A DNA stretch of 63,768 nt, filler included, from Octopus bimaculoides (GCF_001194135.2; 10 parts of 10 records of this genome joined end to end with filler, not necessarily neighbours in it); one strand, 5' to 3'. Shown: positions 26,264 to 38,469, counted from the whole stretch's first letter. Numbers and translations are program-made. The notes: generated by a model not told the origin, from the sequence alone.

Positions 26264-29200
26264 AGGTTAGTTGATTACATCAACCTCAGAGCTCAGCTGG
26301 AACTTATATCAACTCCAACAGCATGAAAGCCAAAGTTGACCTCAGCAGAATTTGAACTCAGAACTTAAAGATGAACAAAATGCCACTCGGCATTTACCCA
26401 TGGTTCTGCTAGCTTATCCATTTTAGATAAATCTTTAAATAACAGAGTTTAAAAATTGGGTTAAGAAACTTTTTCGATGGGAAAAGTCAAAGGCCAATAC
26501 TATCCATCTAAATGCTATTAGTCTACTTTGAGTTCTACTATTAAAAAGAATAAAAGTATTTATTTCAAGTTTCTCAAAATTTTTAATAAGAATTTATATA
26601 ATATAGGGTATATATATACATATCTGTGTGTGTGTCTGTGCGCTTATGTGAGTATGCACATACACACACATTTGCATATATATTGCACAGTACTGTGAGC
26701 AAATATCTTCTACTATAGCCCAAGGCGAAGCAATGCATTGTGAATAGTATTGTTAGACGGAAACTGTAGCAGATGTATATTTGTATGAGAATGTGTGTGT
26801 GTGTGTGTGTGCGTGTGTGTGTGTGCGTGTGCGTGTGTGTGTGTGTGCATGGTTGTGTGTGTGTGTGTGTGTGTGTGTGTGCATGGTTGTGTGTGTGTGT
26901 GCATGCGTGGTTGTGTGCATGGTTGTGTGTGTGCACGTATGTGTTGTGTGTGCATGTGAGTGTGTGTATGTGTTGAGTGTGTTGTGTGCATGTGTGTGAG
27001 TTTGTGTGTGTGCATGTGTGTGTCTGTAGGTTCATGTGCGCTCTACAGTTCACATAGGTGTAACGAGTAAGAATGCACTTTGTTACTTTGACAAAGGCTT
27101 CAGTCTTACATGATTGTAATGCTTTGGTGTTCCGGTCTTTGGTCCAGTTCTCGTCTAGCAGACCAGGAGCTAGAAGTATCTCACTCATGACCATTCTGCT
27201 GTGTACCTTGGATTACTTTATCCAGTGAGTCTTTCCTGTTTTCAAGACAAAGATAGCATCTATGCAGTTGCTGAGCCTGCTAGAAACAGTAGCCAAATCT
27301 CCATTAATTCACAACATGACATCTTAACAATGGTGATATTACTTAGTGCTAGGTTAGTCCCAATGTCACAGAACTATGATGAAAGACATTCCTACCATGA
27401 CCAACCAGTCGCTTTTCAGTGGTATGTGGGGAACTACATTATCTAATGTATGCAGTACTTTATTTAGGGCAGTGCGGATGTGACTGAGGGAGTTTTGTTA
27501 GTTATTTCCAGCAGGCTGATCAACCTTATAAAGGATTAGTAAAATTGGTTGTCGTTTCCTTGGGCTGAAAAGCAGGGAGTGTATTCTTACTGCATCACTT
27601 CGCAGTTAAAGAAGAGAGAGAGAGAGATAGAGAGACAGACAGACAGAGAGAAAGAGAGTGAGGGAAGAACAAGAGAGAGAGGGAGAGAACAAGAGAGAGG
27701 GAGAGGGACAGAGAGATGGACAGACAGACAAAGACAGAGAGAAAGAGAGAGGGGGAGAACAAGAGAGAATGAGAGAGAGAGAGACAAACAAGAGAGAGAG
27801 AGACGAACAAGAGAGAGAGGGGAGAACAAGAGAGAGTGAGGGAGAACAAGAGAGAGGGGAGAGAAAGAAAGAGAGAGAATCAAGCACAGCAGAAAGCCAT
27901 TCTTGGTGTAGGTGGGTGGAGACATTTTCTTTAAAAATTCTTTATTTGAAGAGAGTGGTGACATTTTAAGTTTGGTTTAAATAAGATTTTGAAACAAATT
28001 GGAAACAATGTTGAAAAGACAAGAAAACTTGAACAACAATAAGAAGTAAGCCCTCCACCCACTTCCCTATCCACCCCTGGAAAAAAAAACTTTTGAAATA
28101 TCACCAAAATAAACCAAAAGAAGGGCACAGCGTCTGGAAATATTCTTTTGAAGAATTTGCAGTTAATTAAATTTTGCTTTATGTATTTTCTATTTATTTT
28201 TTCTTTTGTGTTGGTACTGACGGTGGTGGTATTGGGGTTGTGGTGGAGTTGTTGTTGTTGGTGGTGGTGATGGTGGTATGGTGGGTTGGAGAAATAAAGG
28301 TAAAAGAAAGGGTGGGAATTGGCTAACTTGATGATGTAGACAGAAAGATGGCCAGATGGAAAGACACACAGATATAAAAAGTAATATAAATACAAACTAG
28401 ATTTTGTTTATTTTTACATCAACTTTTTTTCTTCATGCTAGAACGAGTTAGATGAATATTTACTTCAGGTATTGAATTACAACAGGATGCCCTTCCTACC
28501 TATTTTTCAAGCAACAATTCTATTATTCCACATGGCTTTGTTGGCATATGTAAACGAACAATTTGTTGAGAAAATGATTGATAGCAACAACATTTTTAAA
28601 TGTCACTACTCTCATAGAAGCAAGAAATGCAAACAAACACACACACACACTCACGCACATATGCATACATACATGTACATGTGTGCATGTGTGTGTGTGT
28701 GTGAGTATTTACATCTATCTATCTAACTATAAGAGGTAAAAAGGATAAAGACTTCCTCTTGTCATGAACAACCATGGGTTGCACCTTGAAAGTTACCCTC
28801 AACCAGACTCCCTTCTCCACACCACTAACGTTATCCGAAGAAATGGCAAAGGCTGATACAGCTTGGCATCAATTATGTTGCAACTCATTTCCTACAGCTG
28901 AGTGAACTGGAGCAACATGAAATAAAGCGTCTTTCTCAAGAACACAATACACAGCCCGTTTCAGGAATTGAACTCACTCCCTCATGATTGTGAGCCTGAC
29001 ATACACACACATAAATACGAATGTATAAAACTGGTATTCCATCAGTTACAATGATGAGTGTTACATTTAACATGATCAATGGAACAGCTTGCTCATAAAA
29101 TAAAAATGCAAGTGGCTGAGAACTCCACAGACACATGTACCTGGGAGATTCAGTGTGACACAGAATTTGACAAGGCTGGCCCCTTGAATTACAGGTACTA

Positions 29201-29360
29201 CTCCTTTTGGCAATCTAAGTGGATTGGAGCAACATGAAATAAAGTGCCTTGCTCAAGGGCACAATGTGCAAGTCAGGAATCAAAGTCATGAAGGTTAGTT
29301 CATGAGCCAAATACTCTAGCCACTAAGCCATGTGCCTACACACACACACACACACACACA

Positions 29361-29577
29361 GAGGCTGTGAGCTGGCAAAATCGTTAGTACGCCGGGCAAA
29401 ATGCTTAGCGGTATTTCGTCTGCCGCTATGTTCTGAGTTCAAATTCCGCCGAGCTTGACTTTGACTTTCATCTTTTCAGGGTCGATTAAATAAGTACCAG
29501 TTATGCACTGGGGTCGATATAATCAACTTAATCCGTTTGTCTGTCCTTGTTTGTCCCCTCTCTGTGTAGCCCCTTCT
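29361..29577 (+). mobile_element. tRNA-derived SINE (family B)
   Basis: GAGCTGGCAAAATCGTTAG...GTTCAAATTCC (B box). Many decayed relatives occur at 26270, 37060-37470 and 55360-58235. Confidence 0.8.
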
Positions 29578-30189
29578 GGGCTACACACAGAGGGGGACAT
29601 GCACACAGATATCAAACAGATCAAAATGGTAGTATGCACTACTTATATCACCCACGAGATGCTCCAGATCATTCGAAGAGATTCAGAAATATGGAAGAAG
29701 TATTAACCAGCTTCAATGATAACTTTCACCTACTTCTTCTAGGAGACTTAAACCTCCCTAATGTTGAATGACCTGAGAGCCACCTTCTCTTGGGTATGTT
29801 ACTGCATAAACAGAAGCAAACAGAGTTTGACCTCACAAATATGCTCTTCATGGATGTTGTGTCGGATGCCCCCAGGTGAGAAGTGGGCTGGTCCACTACT
29901 AATAAACAGTGGACTGACACAGTCAGTAATGTCATTCAGTGAGGTATGCTGTCCTGCAGAGATGATGAAATACATCGTCATAATGCAGGACATAACTGGT
30001 GACGAGGATTCATAGCTCACACAGCCACTGATGTGTAGTCGCGGGACATAACAGTGGTGATGAAGATACCTCCCACTGTATAACGGTGTTATTATAACAG
30101 TGGTAACGAGTTTATGAACGCTTGTAGGAGTGTTGAAATGGAAGACCTACCTTCAAGAACAATGAAAGAAAGTTTGAAGGATTCAAACT

Positions 30190-30604
30190 CTAACACAGAA
30201 TTGAACTTCACACAGTGAAAAGTAATATACACACAGTAAAAAATATATGAAAAAAGATTCTGAAGAGAAAAAAAACACTAACACAGAATTGAACTACACA
30301 AGGTGAAAAGTAATATACACACTGTGAAAAATATATAAAAAAAGATTCTGAAGAAAAAAAGAAACTGCTAACACAGAATTGAACTACACACAGTGAAAAG
30401 TAATATACACCCAGTGAAAAACATATATATATAGGCGCAGGAGTGGCTGTGTGGTAAATAGCTTGCTTACTAATCACATGGTTCCGGGTTCAGTCCCACT
30501 GCATGGCACCTTGGGCAAGTGTCTTCTACTATAGCCTCGGGCTGACCAAAGCCTTGTGATGGGATTTGGTAGACGGAAACTGAAAGAATCCTGTCGCATA
30601 TATG

Positions 30605-30641
<37 letters not shown>

Positions 30642-30930
30642 TTGTCCCCCCAACATCGCTTGACAATGGATGCTGGTGTGTTTACATCCACGTAACTTAG
30701 CGGTTCGACAAAAGAGACCGATAGAATAAGTACTAGGCTTCCAAAGAATAAGTCCTGGGGTCGATTTGCTCGACTAAAGGGGGTGCTCCAGCATGGCCGC
30801 AGTCATATGACAGAAACAAGTAAAAGAGTAAAAGAGAGAGTATATAAAAAGATCCTGAAGAAATAAAAAATGTCTGATAAAACTGGAACTCTACACAGAA
30901 CTGTACTACACATGGTGAAAAATAATTCTG
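30190..30930. repeat. Minisatellite of about 88-90 bp inside the LTR element, interrupted by a SINE
   Basis: The anchor CTAACACAGAATTGAACT occurs at 30190, 30278 and 30368. The pattern resumes at about 30840. Confidence 0.8.
30433..30840 (+). mobile_element. Full-length tRNA/CORE-like SINE (family C)
   Basis: GGCGCAGGAGTGGCTGTGTGG...GGTTCAGTCCC...CCTTGGGCAAGTGTCTT, an internal TA/TG microsatellite and a (GTAAAAGA)n tail. Confidence 0.85.
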
Positions 30931-31933
30931 TGTGGAAGGAAAAATAATGATCATCATCTAATAATAATAAGTCTGTTCAAAGGATTTATAAGTCAGGTCG
31001 CTATATGTAGTAGCACTACTAGTGATAATGTAGACTTGGTACTACCTGTGCCATTTTGAAAAAAAAAAATGTTTCTGTGTGGAACAAAAAGTAATAATAA
31101 GTCCATGTGAAGGATTTAATAATTCTCTGTGGAACAAAACATAATTCTGGTTAGAAGAAAAAAAAATTGAAAACAATTAATGATACATTTAAAGCAAGTC
31201 ATGCCAGAAAATTTCAAACATAAGCAGATATTATCTGTTGAAATTGAAAACGAACCTGTTGCGAAGAAAGTTAAAAGGGACAGAGAAAACAAGCCATTTT
31301 GTGAATGAGGATACTAAACAAGTCCTCCATGAAAAGACTCCAGATGAAATGTTGATGGAAGTGATTAGTGAAGAACACATTGTAGAAAATTCTGAAATTA
31401 GAGAACCTGAGAAAAGGTCCTTCTACTGAAAATGCTTCATTGAGGAATCGTTCTAATGCAAACATTAGAAAGGATAATGAAAGTTTGCAGGTAACCAATT
31501 CAGTTTCTGCTGAGAAAAGTCTAACGAAAGGAAAAGTTGTAGAAATGAAAAATATATATATAATAATGCCGTGTTAATTTTGAAAATAAATAAATAAATA
31601 AATAATTCTGTGTGGAACAAGAAAATATCTAAATAAGAGAAAAATAATTCTTGTTAGAAGAAAAAGAAATGAAGAAAAGAAAAATACTGTTGTATTGAAA
31701 GAGTAAAAAAAAAGTAGATAATTCTGTGTGGAACAAGAAAACATCTGAATAAGAAGAAAAATAATTCTGGTTAGAAGAAAAAGTATTGAAAATAAAAAAA
31801 AGTTGTGTTGAAAAAAAAAAATCTCAAAGGGAAGAGGTGTTGTGTCAGACGCCCCCCCCCCCCCAGGTGAGAAGTGGGCTGACCCACTACTAATTAATAG
31901 TGGACTGACACAGTCAGTAATATCAGTCAGTGA

Positions 31934-33617
31934 AAGTATGTTATTCAGTACACACCTAAGTCCCTGTTAAATCACTTGTGATTCCATTTCAGATAAGTCT
32001 TGTTCTCTTTTGTTGAAGGTTCTCCCTAATGGGTTTATCTATTGTTGAAATTGTTGACTTATTGTTGTATTGTTTGCCTTTTGTTTTGTTTTCTCCCCCA
32101 TTTGGGGGCAAAAATAGTTTAAAACTATGGAAGTGGTTCAAGCACCCGAGCAGGCTGGGAACTGCACTTCTGTAGCAAGTCATGAAAATGGTACAGTTGC
32201 TGTTAACCTGCTGGAAGTTTAGGAGGTAACGGTGGACATGGAAGTATTGTAGAGGAGCAAAGAATTAATACACAGGGAGGGATCAAGGCTTAAGTTTACC
32301 ACCCCACTGAAGATGTCACTAACATGAAAAACAGGAATATGGTGGTCTATAGTGGTCAGTTAAAAGTAAGAAAATCGAGAAGAGGCCATAGAGGAATGCT
32401 AAAGGAAATTAAGAATGATATAACATTTTTTTGTAGAGTGAGATGATTCGACACAGCAGAAGTGCAAATTACCTCCATAGAGAAGGCAATAAAGCACTCT
32501 ACTATGCCACTGAGAATGGAGGAATGGGCACTCCTGCCAACCTATCTCAGTAAATGTGTTGTGAGAGCGAGGATTGGCAGGGTGCCTGCCGAGATATGGC
32601 TACTAGCAGCAATAATGATAGGAACAAAGGAGGATCCTAAAATTATACAAGTAACAAAGACAAAACAAATGAACTGGTGGGCTATGGCCTAGAAGTTGTA
32701 ATCCAGGACACTCCAATAGACTTGGAAGAAATAATAGAAGAAATTGAGTTACCTGAAGAAATAAGCTATGAATGGTAGTAGAGGGGAGATCTCCCACATG
32801 CTACCACTGCAAAAAGAAGGGACACATACAGAAAGTGTAGATGAAGAATTTCAGGAAGTACAAAACAGGAAGAGGAAAGAACTAAAGAATTCAACCCCCA
32901 AAATTCAGACAAAAAGAAAAAGAGTGAAGAAATTATACATCAAGTATGTAACACACAAGCATTCAACATACAGAAAATGCATATAGATAACACACCCACA
33001 CAGTTCACCTCACCTCTGCAAATACCCAAGAAGAAAACAAACATTGCAGACGGCCCAGAATCTCCCAATAGGTATACTCAAATAGATACACAAAAAGACA
33101 CACAAGCAGACATGCACCATATGCAGGCCAATCATAAAAACAGGGCGTACATTATGACCTATATGGGGAGCATGGCCATTGAGAGGAAGATCACAAAAAT
33201 TAAATTGATAATAAGGGTAAAAATGACTGAGGAGGATTACCCAACAAGCATAAACTGTGTTCTAATCTATAAAGATAGATATAAAAGACTTAAAGAAATA
33301 TTTTGTAATGATATAGACCCACTGGGACCAAAGGTGAGATATGACTCTCTACCTCCTGTGATAAAACGTGAGGATTTGAAACTGTACATGGTCTGGTAAT
33401 GTAAGCATTTTCATTTGATTTTAAAACCGATAAACATTGGGAAAATTGCCCAGTTAAATGGTACTCGAGAGTGGGGCTCGAGTAGCCATTGCATCCTCAT
33501 TATATTATATTTCCATTTTCATTCATCCGTCTGTGTTTTATGTCCTCACTTTGTATTTGTATTGTCTGTCCTTATTTGTCCCTTCTGTGTAGGGCTCTGG
33601 TGGCCAATAAAGAAATA
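31934..33617 (+). mobile_element. ORF1-only non-LTR retroelement (HAL1-like) with a 10-bp TSD
   Basis: TSD CAGTCAGTGA at 31924-33 and 33618-27. A decayed ORF1 starts at ATG 32127 and contains the knuckle CYHCKKKGHIQKV*. The element ends AATAAAGAAATA, with no EN or RT. Confidence 0.7.
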
Positions 33618-34942
33618 CAGTCAGTGAGGTACATAGTCCCACAGAGATGACAAAATACATTGTCATAATGAAGTACATAATGGAGAAAATAGTGCTCTAC
33701 CCAACAAAGGGTGAAAAAATGTTTTGGACTTCTGCTTCATAAATAACATAGTGCTCCTCAAACATCTCATAATACCTTCGCGCTTTAGTTTGCCCTCTAT
33801 TATTTATCTTGTTTCTCTCCATGAAATTCAATTGAATTCAGTTGTTGTCTTAAATTCATGCTTATTCATTTTCTAAGCTTCCTAAATTCATGCTACGTTA
33901 TATTCTAATCACCCAGAATTCATTGCTCTTTTAAAAATTACGATTTATGCATTGTTGTCTCTCAAATATTTAAAATCTACAATTAAGAGCCCTATCTACT
34001 CGCTGGCGGTAACCCGCCCCCACCCCCTCCACCGGAAGTTCATTCCTCTGTCATCCTGTCAACCTCGGCTGTCTCCCGGAACCCATCTAGTGGCCTTGGC
34101 CATCCTCTCCCCTACCTTTNNNNNNNNNNNNNNNNNNNNNNNNNNNNNNNNNNNNNNNNNNNNTTAATTAATTAANNNNNNNNNNNNNNNNNNNNNNNNN
34201 NNNNNNNNNNNNNNNNNNNTGATTGTTTATTGCTTTTTCATTTTTGTTCTGTTTTTTCTTTTTTTTTGTGTGTTTGGGGGCCTTTCGACAATAACGACAT
34301 TAACAACATCAACAGAGAATCATTTGCTGCATGAAATTAACAATTCAATTAACGAATTCATAAAGAAAACAAAACAAAAAAAAGGAACAAAAAAAAAAAA
34401 ACAAGAACAGAAAAAATGCAGGTAAAAATAAGAAGAAATTGTAAAAGGCAAGAAAATGAAAGAGAGAAAGAAGAAGAGAAGAAGGAAAAAAAAAGAAAGA
34501 GAAAACTAAGGAAAAATTTATGGCATTTGTGGAAAAGTGAAAGGACCTTACATAGGACTGTATGATGAGGACATGAGCTAAGATCTTGGGGTTCTAAATA
34601 TATTATACATACACACACATATTTATATATGTATATACGAGAGGTTTTGGTATCCAGAAGATCCAAAGGGCAGATAAGGCTATGTAAATGCTACAGAAGG
34701 ACTGTTGTTAGACTCCCGGTTCGATAATATCTGAGTGAGGAGTCTAACACAGGTCATGTGTGAGCATGGATATGTTAAATGAAGTAAGACAACAAAACCA
34801 AGGCAGCGTAAATTGTCCTAGAATTTTTACACTGCCTTCGCTTTATTGTCTCATTTTATTTAACACACAGATACACACATATATCCATATACACACATAC
34901 ATGCATCTATGTATGCATACATACACACATATGTATGTATAT

Positions 34943-34981
<39 letters not shown>

Positions 34982-35893
34982 NNNNNNNNNNNNNNNNNNN
35001 NNNNNNNNNNNNNNNNNNNNNNNNNNNNNNNNNNNNNNNNNNNNNNNNNNNNNNNNNNNNNNNNNNNNNNNNNNNNNNNNNNNNNNNNNNNNNNNNNNNN
35101 NNNNNNNNNNNNNNNNNNNNNNNNNNNNNNNNNNNNNNNNNNNNNNNNNNNNNNNNNNNNNNNNNNNNNNNNNNNNNNNNNNNNNNNNNNNNNNNNNNNN
35201 NNNNNNNNNNNNNNNNNNNNNNNNNNNNNNNNNNNNNNNNNNNNNNNNNNNNNNNNNNNNNNNNNNNNNNNNNNNNNNNNNNNNNNNNNNNNNNNNNNNN
35301 NNNNNNNNNNNNNNNNNNNNNNNNNNNNNNNNNNNNNNNNNNNNNNNNNNNNNNNNNNNNNNNNNNNNNNNNNNNNNNNNNNNNNNNNNNNNNNNNNNNN
35401 NNNNNNNNNNNNNNNNNNNNNNNNNNNNNNNNNNNNNNNNNNNNNNNNNNNNNNNNNNNNNNNNNNNNNNNNNNNNNNNNNNNNNNNNNNNNNNNNNNNN
35501 NNNNNNNNNNNNNNNNNNNNNNNNNNNNNNNNNNNNNNNNNNNNNNNNNNNNNNNNNNNNNNNNNNNNNNNNNNNNNNNNNNNNNNNNNNNNNNNNNNNN
35601 NNNNNNNNNNNNNNNNNNNNNNNNNNNNNNNNNNNNNNNNNNNNNNNNNNNNNNNNNNNNNNNNNNNNNNNNNNNNNNNNNNNNNNNNNNNNNNNNNNNN
35701 NNNNNNNNNNNNNNNNNNNNNNNNNNNNNNNNNNNNNNNNNNNNNNNNNNNNNNNNNNNNNNNNNNNNNNNNNNNNNNNNNNNNNNNNNNNNNNNNNNNN
35801 NNNNNNNNNNNNNNNNNNNNNNNNNNNNNNNNNNNNNNNNNNNNNNNNNNNNNNNNNNNNNNNNNNNNNNNNNNNNNNNNNNNNNNNNNNNNN

Positions 35894-36142
35894 TGGATCA
35901 GGGATATCTGCACACACACACACACATACACTCACTCACACACACACGAGTGAGAAACCTCCGCTTGTGTTGGATCAGGAATATCTGCACACACACATAC
36001 ACACACACACTCATTCACACACGAGTGAGAAACCTCCGCTTGTGTTGGATCAGGGATATCTGCACACACACACACACTCACACACGAGTGAGAAACCTCC
36101 GCTTGTGTTGGATCAGGGATATCTGCACACACACACACATAC
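35894..36142. repeat. Composite minisatellite: constant core of about 43 bp plus a variable (CA)n spacer, between two gaps of about 900 N
   Basis: Core GAGTGAGAAACCTCCGCTTGTGTTGGATCAGGGATATCTGCAC, with periods of 77, 75 and 63 bp. Confidence 0.9.
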
Positions 36143-37706
36143 NNNNNNNNNNNNNNNNNNNNNNNNNNNNNNNNNNNNNNNNNNNNNNNNNNNNNNNNNN
36201 NNNNNNNNNNNNNNNNNNNNNNNNNNNNNNNNNNNNNNNNNNNNNNNNNNNNNNNNNNNNNNNNNNNNNNNNNNNNNNNNNNNNNNNNNNNNNNNNNNNN
36301 NNNNNNNNNNNNNNNNNNNNNNNNNNNNNNNNNNNNNNNNNNNNNNNNNNNNNNNNNNNNNNNNNNNNNNNNNNNNNNNNNNNNNNNNNNNNNNNNNNNN
36401 NNNNNNNNNNNNNNNNNNNNNNNNNNNNNNNNNNNNNNNNNNNNNNNNNNNNNNNNNNNNNNNNNNNNNNNNNNNNNNNNNNNNNNNNNNNNNNNNNNNN
36501 NNNNNNNNNNNNNNNNNNNNNNNNNNNNNNNNNNNNNNNNNNNNNNNNNNNNNNNNNNNNNNNNNNNNNNNNNNNNNNNNNNNNNNNNNNNNNNNNNNNN
36601 NNNNNNNNNNNNNNNNNNNNNNNNNNNNNNNNNNNNNNNNNNNNNNNNNNNNNNNNNNNNNNNNNNNNNNNNNNNNNNNNNNNNNNNNNNNNNNNNNNNN
36701 NNNNNNNNNNNNNNNNNNNNNNNNNNNNNNNNNNNNNNNNNNNNNNNNNNNNNNNNNNNNNNNNNNNNNNNNNNNNNNNNNNNNNNNNNNNNNNNNNNNN
36801 NNNNNNNNNNNNNNNNNNNNNNNNNNNNNNNNNNNNNNNNNNNNNNNNNNNNNNNNNNNNNNNNNNNNNNNNNNNNNNNNNNNNNNNNNNNNNNNNNNNN
36901 NNNNNNNNNNNNNNNNNNNNNNNNNNNNNNNNNNNNNNNNNNNNNNNNNNNNNNNNNNNNNNNNNNNNNNNNNNNNNNNNNNNNNNNNNNNNNNNNNNNN
37001 NNNNNNNNNNNNNNNNNNNNNNNNNNNNNNNNNNNNNNNNNNNNAAAAAAAAAAAGTCAACCTCAGCAAAGATATGAACTGAGAACACAAAAAGATGTAA
37101 CACCACAACACGTTTGGCCCACCATTTCACAACGTCTGCCAGTACAAAACGTTAAGAAGAATGGTTTAGAAATATAGAATGGAATAATGGTTTAGTTTGA
37201 GGGGGAAGGTTTAGCCAATACTATTGACCCCTGTACAAGGCTGGTACGTTATTTTATTGACACCATCCCACCCCATACACACAAAAGCATGCAAGGCAAA
37301 GTTGACCTCAGAAAGATTTGAACCGAGAATGTAAACAACCAAAATTAATAACAATAGTTTAGTTACTGATTTAGACACAAGGCCAGCAGTTTTGAGGGGA
37401 GGGGCCAGCCAATACTATCAACCTCAGTATTTGACTGGTACTTTATTCTATCAACCTCAGCAGGATTTGAACTTGGGGCATACATATATAGATATATATA
37501 ATCAGAGTCAGACGCTTGAAATATAGTAGTGACTGAACCCATATTGTGTAAGTGACTAGTGTCCAAACAGATCAATTGGTAAAATGAAGGATATCTATTT
37601 ACTCTTCAGATACCTGTGTATATAAAATGTATATATATATACATATAGTTTGTATATACATGTAAATATGCATATATATGTACATATGCTTGTGTATGTA
37701 TGTATA

Positions 37707-38200
37707 CAGGGTGTCCCAGAATTAACTATTTATTACAATGAAGTCAGGCAAATTTTCAAATAAACTGACAGAATTTTATGTTTATTACTTCAATGATGAA
37801 ACCAAAACAGACAGATTTATAGATCTTATGTCAAAACCTTATTGAAAATTTTCAACATGTGCTCCATTTGTGTCCCTGCAAATTTCAAATCTATCCTTAG
37901 CGTTGCAAAAAGACATTTTGAAGCATTTCCGGAGTTATCTCCTGCACTGCTAACTGAATGCAATTTCTTTAAGATCAGCCAAACTATTGCTCCATTCTGG
38001 GGATGGGGATCAGGAGAAAATGATTGCAGCCCAAATTGGAAAAAAAAACAAAAAAACTGTCAGTGACAGATAAGCAGGATCCAACAGAAATGAAAATAAA
38101 ATAAAATTAAATTTAAAAAATACTAAAAATTAGAAAATTACAGACAAAATTTAAAATTCATACATTTTTGACACATGTTAAACAGGATAAGCATAAACAA
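37707..38200. mobile_element. Tc1-like non-autonomous fragment
   Basis: TA|CAGGGTGTCCCAGAATTAAC is a TIR-like start. No second TIR is seen before the gap. Confidence 0.45.
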
Positions 38201-38469
38201 AAGGGAGTTATTAAGACAATTCTNNNNNNNNNNNNNNNNNNNNNNNNNNNNNNNNNNNNNNNNNNNNTTAATTAATTAANNNNNNNNNNNNNNNNNNNNN
38301 NNNNNNNNNNNNNNNNNNNNNNNTGAATTTAAAGGTTAAAAACCGCAAGAACTTTCTTGACAACCTAATATTTATTCTTCAGAGTGAAACTGGTTGACTG
38401 GAAATGCTAGTAACCTTTATGACAAGAGTGTGTGTGTGTGAGTGTGCATGTGAGCATGAATACATGAGC

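Larger units (their letters stand above)
29855..33679 (+). mobile_element. Non-autonomous TRIM-like LTR retrotransposon with LTRs of about 140 bp
   Basis: LTR1 is 29855-29996 and LTR2 is 31838-33679 (split by an insert); both start TGTTGTGTC. PBS TGGTGACGAGG at 29997, PPT AAAGGGAAGAGG at 31826-31837, TSD ATGGA at 29850-54 and 33680-84. Confidence 0.8.
29600..33770 (+). mobile_element. CR1/L2-type endonuclease fragment split by the LTR element (pieces 29600-29854 and 33680-33770)
   Basis: LLLGDLNLPNVE* on the left. Removing the insert joins LFME to KIVLYPTKG..VLDFCFINN, which fits the APE motif Q.V..PTR..NILDL..TN. Confidence 0.7.

Noticed and set aside
35894-36142. CRISPR array
   Set aside because: The spacers are (CA)n microsatellite, there are no cas genes, and the context is eukaryotic.
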